NCBI GenBank assembly: GCA_963836815.1
Contig: CAWILD010000012.1
Location: 473,812 to 537,811, forward strand
Length of the DNA: 64,000 nt
Reading direction: 5' to 3'
DNA from: an uncultured Gemmatimonadales bacterium
Lineage (GTDB): Bacteria; Gemmatimonadota; Gemmatimonadetes; Gemmatimonadales; GWC2-71-9
Positions 59,162 through 64,000 of this stretch are shown here, piece by piece (within the stretch, counting starts at the first letter, position 1; every line of letters begins with the position of its first letter). Made by a program: the position numbers and the translations under genes. The notes beneath the pieces are model-generated. The model was not told the DNA's origin, did not search any database, and worked only from the letters and a program-made list of their open reading frames with translations.

Positions 59162-61432
59162 ATGGAAAAATTCGCCCGCGTCCTTGTGCGGTGGCGCTGG
59201 GCGGTCCTGGTCGTGTGGGCGGTGATCGGTGTGGTAGCGGCCGTGCGGGCGCCGGCGACGCCAGGACTTCTGGACATCCGCGGCGGCAGCGAGCGCGAGA
59301 CGGAGGCCTCGCGCACCGAAGACCTCCTCAACACGAGATTCACCCGCCCGATCGGCGAGTTCCTCGTCGTCACGCTCGAGGGTCCCGATTCGTTCGAGAG
59401 CGGCACGGGGCGATCGGTGCTCGACAGCCTGATCGCCGCTCTCGAGCGGCAGCCGTACATCCGCGGCATCGTCTCCTATCCCTCCACCCGCGACAGCACC
59501 TTCCTGAGCCGCGACCGAAAATCCACCTTCCTCATCGCGGCACTCGACGTCACCAGCGGCGACAGCGCGGGCGGGCTCGTCCTCCCGGCGCGACAGGCGG
59601 TGAGAGAGGCGCTGACCCGCGCTCCGAACCGCGGCGCCTACGACGCCAAGGTGACCGGGCGCGCGCCGCTGGACCACGACCTCCGCGAGGTCGTCGCCAA
59701 CGACAGCAAGCGCGGCGAGCAGGCACTGCTCCCGCTCACCCTGCTCATCCTGGTCCTCGCCTTCGGCGCCCTGGTGGCCGCCGTCCTGCCGCTCGTCGTC
59801 GGCGTCCTGGCGATCGCAGTCTCGCTCACGCTCATCGGCATCATCGCCCATTTCACGCCGATGTCGGTCTTCGTGCTGAACATGACGACCATGATCGGCC
59901 TCGGCGTGGGCATCGACTATTCGCTGCTGGTGGTGACCCGCTTTCGCGAGGAGCTGGGACGTGGCCTGCGGCCCTTGCTGGCCGCGGTGAGCACGATGGT
60001 GACGGCGGGCAAGGCGGTCATCACCTCGGGACTCACGGTGGTGGTCGGGTTCGGCGCGCTGCTCCTGACGCCGTTGATCGAGACCCGGAGCGTCGGCCTG
60101 GGGGGACTGATCGTGGTCGGCGTGGCGGTCCTGCTCTCGATCACGCTCCTCCCGGCCCTCCTCGCCATCCTCGGCCGCGGGATCGACCGGCCCAAATGGC
60201 TCGCGCGCCGCCTCGCCTGGTACCACGCCCCACAGGTGTGGGAGAAGTGGGCGCGCACGCTGAGCCGGCATCCGGTGCGGGCGATGGTCTACGGGGGCAG
60301 CGTGATCGCCCTCCTCACGGCGCCGGTCTTCTGGATCAAGATCGGGCTTCCCGCGCGGCATTGGTGGCCGTCTCAAACCGAGGCCGGCGAGGGTCTCGAC
60401 GCGCTCTCACGGATGGGCGTCGCGGGATTCGTGCAGCCGATCCGAATCCTCGTGGAGGTCGCCGAAGGACAAAGCGCGGTCGGGGCCGCCTCGCTCCGCG
60501 GCCTGCGGACGCTGTCGGATTCCCTGCGAGCCGACCCGCGAGTGCGCGAGGTCCGAAGCCTGGTGGACGTGGAGCAGGGCTCCTCGCTGCTCGCGCTCTC
60601 GGTCCTCTACAGCGATCTGGAGGAGGCCCGCCGCCGCTACCCGAGCTTCGTGGACGCCTATCTCAGCGCGGACAGGCGCCTCGCCCTGCTCGACGTCATC
60701 CTGGCGGACACGACGTCCCTCACGACCGCCATGGACGTGGTGGAGCGCGCACGCGCGCTCGGCAAAATGCAGCTCCGCGGGACCCGGGACATGACCGTGA
60801 GCGTGGGCGGCTACTCCGCCTCCGCGCTCGACTTCCAGCACGACCTCCTGGACCGCTTTCCGCTGCTGATCGGCCTCATCCTCGGCGCCACCGTGGTCAT
60901 GCTCGCGGTGGCCTTCCGCTCGGTGCTGGTGCCGATCAAGGCGATCATCATGAACACGCTCTCGGTGAGCGCGACTTTCGGCCTCATCGTGCTGGTGTTC
61001 CAGCGCGGCGTGGGGTCGGGGGTCTTCGGCCTCGACGGGCCCACCCAGGCGATCTTCGTGGTCGTGCCCGTACTGGTGTTCGCGGTGGTCTTCGGCCTCA
61101 GCATGGACTACGAGGTCTTCCTGCTCAGCCGGATCAGGGAGGCCTACGACCGCACCGGCCGGAACGCCGAGGCGACGATGGAGGGACTCAGCGCGACCGC
61201 GTCGGTCATCACGTCCGCGGCGCTCATCATGATCCTGGTGTTCGGCGTATTCGCCTTCGCGCGGGTGCTGGCGATGCAGCTCCTCGGCTTCGGGCTGGCG
61301 GTCGCGGTGCTGCTGGACGCGACCGTGATCCGGATGGTGCTCGTGCCGGCGTTCATGCAGGCGATGGGAAAGTGGAACTGGTGGCCGGGCGGAAGGGTGA
61401 AAGGGCAGCGGAGCGGCGGAACCGTCGCCTAG
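59162..61432 (+). CDS. MMPL-family (RND superfamily) transporter
   Basis: ORF 59105..61432, start ATG 59162 (MEKFARVLVRWRWAVLVVW). Two 6-TM bundles each carry GxGxDYxLLxxxRxREE-like motifs (GVGIDYSLLVVTRFREE, GLSMDYEVFLLSRIREA). Confidence 0.9.
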   Translation: MEKFARVLVRWRWAVLVVWAVIGVVAAVRAPATPGLLDIRGGSERETEASRTEDLLNTRFTRPIGEFLVVTLEGPDSFESGTGRSVLDSLIAALERQPYIRGIVSYPSTRDSTFLSRDRKSTFLIAALDVTSGDSAGGLVLPARQAVREALTRAPNRGAYDAKVTGRAPLDHDLREVVANDSKRGEQALLPLTLLILVLAFGALVAAVLPLVVGVLAIAVSLTLIGIIAHFTPMSVFVLNMTTMIGLGVGIDYSLLVVTRFREELGRGLRPLLAAVSTMVTAGKAVITSGLTVVVGFGALLLTPLIETRSVGLGGLIVVGVAVLLSITLLPALLAILGRGIDRPKWLARRLAWYHAPQVWEKWARTLSRHPVRAMVYGGSVIALLTAPVFWIKIGLPARHWWPSQTEAGEGLDALSRMGVAGFVQPIRILVEVAEGQSAVGAASLRGLRTLSDSLRADPRVREVRSLVDVEQGSSLLALSVLYSDLEEARRRYPSFVDAYLSADRRLALLDVILADTTSLTTAMDVVERARALGKMQLRGTRDMTVSVGGYSASALDFQHDLLDRFPLLIGLILGATVVMLAVAFRSVLVPIKAIIMNTLSVSATFGLIVLVFQRGVGSGVFGLDGPTQAIFVVVPVLVFAVVFGLSMDYEVFLLSRIREAYDRTGRNAEATMEGLSATASVITSAALIMILVFGVFAFARVLAMQLLGFGLAVAVLLDATVIRMVLVPAFMQAMGKWNWWPGGRVKGQRSGGTVA

Positions 61433-61442
61433 GGAAGGACCA

Positions 61443-61929
61443 TCACTTCACCAACCCCGCGGCGCGGGCCGCCACCGAGGTGAGCCGGACGGCCAGCGAC
61501 AGCACGGCCCACCCGACGAGCGAGAGGCCCAGCACCAGACCGATCACGGCGAGCAGCAGGATCCGCGGACGTTTGTCCCGCGGCATCTCCTGGGCGGGAA
61601 TCTCCTCGCGAATAGGCAGCCCGCGCACACGGGCGTAGGCGGCTTTCCGTCGCTCCGCCTCTTCGTCCTGGCCGGCGGCGACCACCGCGATCGCCGGCAG
61701 GTCGGGCAGCACCAACGCCGACCGCCGTAGAGGGACGGAACCGCGCACGCTCGGTCCACGCCGCCCGTACCTCGGGATGCGCGGCCACCGGCTGCCAGCT
61801 CTGCCGGGCCGTGTCGAGCATCGGGGTGTCCGGGGAGACGAGGGCCGCCTCCAGCGCGTCGAGGACGGCCTCGACGTCGGCGAACTCGAAGTCTCCCGCC
61901 ATGGGATCGGAGCAGCGAAACCGGTTCAT
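61443..61929 (-). CDS. hypothetical C-terminally membrane-anchored protein (one apparent frameshift)
   Basis: ATG 61929 overlaps the polA stop (ATGA). The N-part MNRFRCSDPMAGDFEFADVEAVLDALEAAL.. is in ORF 61429..61947(-). The C-part with the TM helix ILLLAVIGLVLGLSLVGWAVLSL is in ORF 61443..61748(-). The break lies in 61715-61745. Confidence 0.5.
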
Positions 61930-64000
61930 CGCTTCGCGTCCAGCCAATTGGGCCCCACACCGATATCCACCACCAGCGGCACATCGAGCGCCACGACCTG
62001 TTCCATGTGGGTCTGCACGAGCTCACGCATCCGCTCGACTTCCTCGGGGGGCACCTCGAACACGAGCTCGTCGTGCACCTGGAGCAGCATCCGGCTCTGC
62101 AGGCCCTCCTCCTCGATCGCGTCGCTGATCCGGATCATGGCGAGCTTGATGAGATCGGCGGCCGATCCCTGGAGCGGCGAGTTCTGCGCGTTCCGCTCAC
62201 CGTACGCGCGCATGTTGAAGTTGCGGTCGCGGATCTCGGGGATATACCGGCGGCGCTTGAAGAGCGTCTCCACATAGCCCCGCTCCCGGGCAAGCTGGAT
62301 CTGCCGATCGAGAAAAGCGCGCACACCGGCGAAGCGCTCGAAGTACCGCGCGATGAAGGTCCGGGCTTCCTCCTGCGAGATGCCGAGCTGCCGGCTCAGG
62401 GCGAAGGGCCCTTGGCCGTAGATGGTCGCGAAGTTGATGGTCTTGGCCCGGCCCCGCATATCCGGGGTCACCCGGTCGACCGGGATATTGAAGATGAGCG
62501 CCGCCGTCTGCCGGTGGATGTCCCCGCCCTGCCGGAACGCCTCGATGAACGCAGGGTCCCCCGACAGATGCGCCATGATCCGCAGCTCGATCTGCGAGTA
62601 GTCGGCGACGAGGAAGGTCCGGCCGGCGCGAGGCACGAACCCGCGCCGGATCGCTTCCCCTCTCGGTGTACGGACCGGGATGTTCTGGAGGTTGGGATCG
62701 GACGAGCTCAAGCGTCCGGTGGCCGCGCCGGTCTGGTTGAAGCTGGTGTGAATCCGGCCGGTCCGGCGGTTGACGCTCTGCGGCAACGTGTCCACGTAGG
62801 TGCTCTTGAGCTTCTGGAGCTCGCGAAACTCCAGGATCAATCGCGGCAGCTCGTGGCCCATCGCGGCCAACTGCTCCAGGACGTCGGCATCGGTCGAGGG
62901 ACCGGTCTTGGTCCGCTTCAGCACGGGGAGCTGGTTCTTCTCGAACAACACGGTGGCGAGTTGGCGGGGCGAGTTGATGTTGAGCTCGCAGCCGGCCACC
63001 TGCGCGCATTCGGACTCCAGGCGCCGGAGCTCGGCCCCGAGCTCGTCGCTGAGGCGGGCGAACAGCCCGCGGTCGATCGCAATCCCCTCCCACTCCATGT
63101 TGGTGAGGACGCGGACCAGCGGCATCTCGATCTCGCGGAGCAGCGGCTCGGTCGCGGTCTCGGCGAGCGAGGGCGCGAAGAACTCGTGCAGGGCCAGCAC
63201 CGTGGCGCTGTCCGCCCCGCAGTAGACGGCCGCCGTCTCTACGGGCACTTCCGCGAGAGGGATCTGCCCCTTCCCCTTCCCCGCCACGTCGTCATAGCTC
63301 TGCATCGCGCGGCCGAGATGCTCGAGGCTCAGGTTGTCGATGGCGTGGGAGCGACGACCCGGATCGAGCACGAAGCTCGCGAGCATCGAGTCATAGGCCA
63401 CGCCGGCGAGCTCCACCCCTGCCCCGCGCAGGACCTGCCAATCGTACTTGATGTTGTGGCCCGCTTTGCGGACCGTCGGATCGGTCAGCAGATCCACGAG
63501 TGGCGCGATCGCGGGATCGCCGAGCGGCGGGAGGTTCTTCACCGGCGCCGGGGCCGCCAGCTCGCCGGACAGCGGGCGGTGGGCGAAGGGGAGGTACCAC
63601 ACTTCCGTCGGGCTCGCGGCGAGCGACAGGCCGACCAGCTCGGCGTCGTGCGGCTCCAGCGAGGAGGTCTCGGTGTCGATCGCCACCAGCGGCGCCGCGC
63701 GGAGTCGCCGGACGAGCTCGGGGATCTCCGCAGGGTCGTCCACCACGACGACTCCGGCCGCCGGCTGATCGTCGAGGGCGAGCCAGTCGTCCGCCGTGAT
63801 CGGACGGTCCAGTGACGTCCCCTGCCCCATTCCCGACCGGCGCGAGCTGGGTCTTCGGAGCGGCCCCACGGGCGGCCGGCTGGCCGTCCGGACTGGCGCC
63901 CAGCCGCTTCACCAGCGAGAAGAACTCCAATTCGGACAGCAGCCGGATCGCGGCGTCCCGGTCCGGCTCCTTGAGCACCAGATCGGCCACGTCGAGCTGG
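61926..64000 (-). CDS. polA: DNA polymerase I (5' end outside window; one apparent frameshift in the inter-domain linker)
   Basis: ORF 61926..63869(-) has an exo-like AIDTETSSL, motif A DYSQIELR, motif B RAKTINFATIYG and motif C QVHDELVFE. The end of the upstream 5'-nuclease domain (..LSELEFFSLVKRLG..) is in the frame of ORF 63391..63990(-). The break lies in 63800-63880. Confidence 0.9.

Overview
This is a high-GC (roughly 68-70% by eye) chromosomal segment from a diderm bacterium, judged from a TonB-dependent receptor, an Omp85-type barrel and many lipoboxes. I cannot assign a phylum without a database search. I can support about 66 protein-coding genes plus a few non-coding elements. I see no rRNA, tRNA, CRISPR array, transposase, integrase or phage genes, so this reads as core chromosome rather than an accessory island.

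Recognisable blocks, left to right:
- secreted and lipoprotein genes (DUF4394 etc.)
- an EF-G paralog with degenerate GTPase motifs
- a fused ABC exporter and an SDR
- a BFD-like [2Fe-2S] protein plus a GAF histidine kinase
- a TonB-dependent receptor locus
- a copper operon (copZ-cupredoxin-copA-csoR)
- an aminotransferase / LOG / deoxyhypusine-synthase-like / MFS operon
- ndh-queG-dinB, an AI-2E permease and a PlsC-like acyltransferase
- a BMP-type ABC importer with an embedded NIF3 gene
- parA-parB in one operon with an M23 peptidase and a bactofilin, two consensus parS sites, and mnmG
- a sufR-like gene plus sufBCDSU, extended by a bacilliredoxin and a His-rich small protein
- def, a patatin-Omp85 (type Vd-like) protein, two ferredoxins, RNase D, an MMPL transporter and most of polA

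The main technical observation is at least 22 reading-frame breaks in 14 otherwise clearly recognisable genes, polA included. Every break I resolved to the base is repaired by changing a short G/C run by one base. That points to assembly indel errors rather than pseudogenes. Coordinates below therefore join ORF-track fragments.

I did not find a convincing stand-alone novel system, and there is no defence-island signature. The best leads are:
- the par-M23-bactofilin operon with its parS pair and leader hairpin
- the aminotransferase-LOG-DHS-like-MFS operon
- the suf operon extension
- a dispersed 68-bp palindromic repeat
- a tiny signal-peptide/Cys peptide ORF upstream of the TonB receptor
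- the EF-G paralog lacking the catalytic His

All functional calls come from motif recognition by eye, not from searches.
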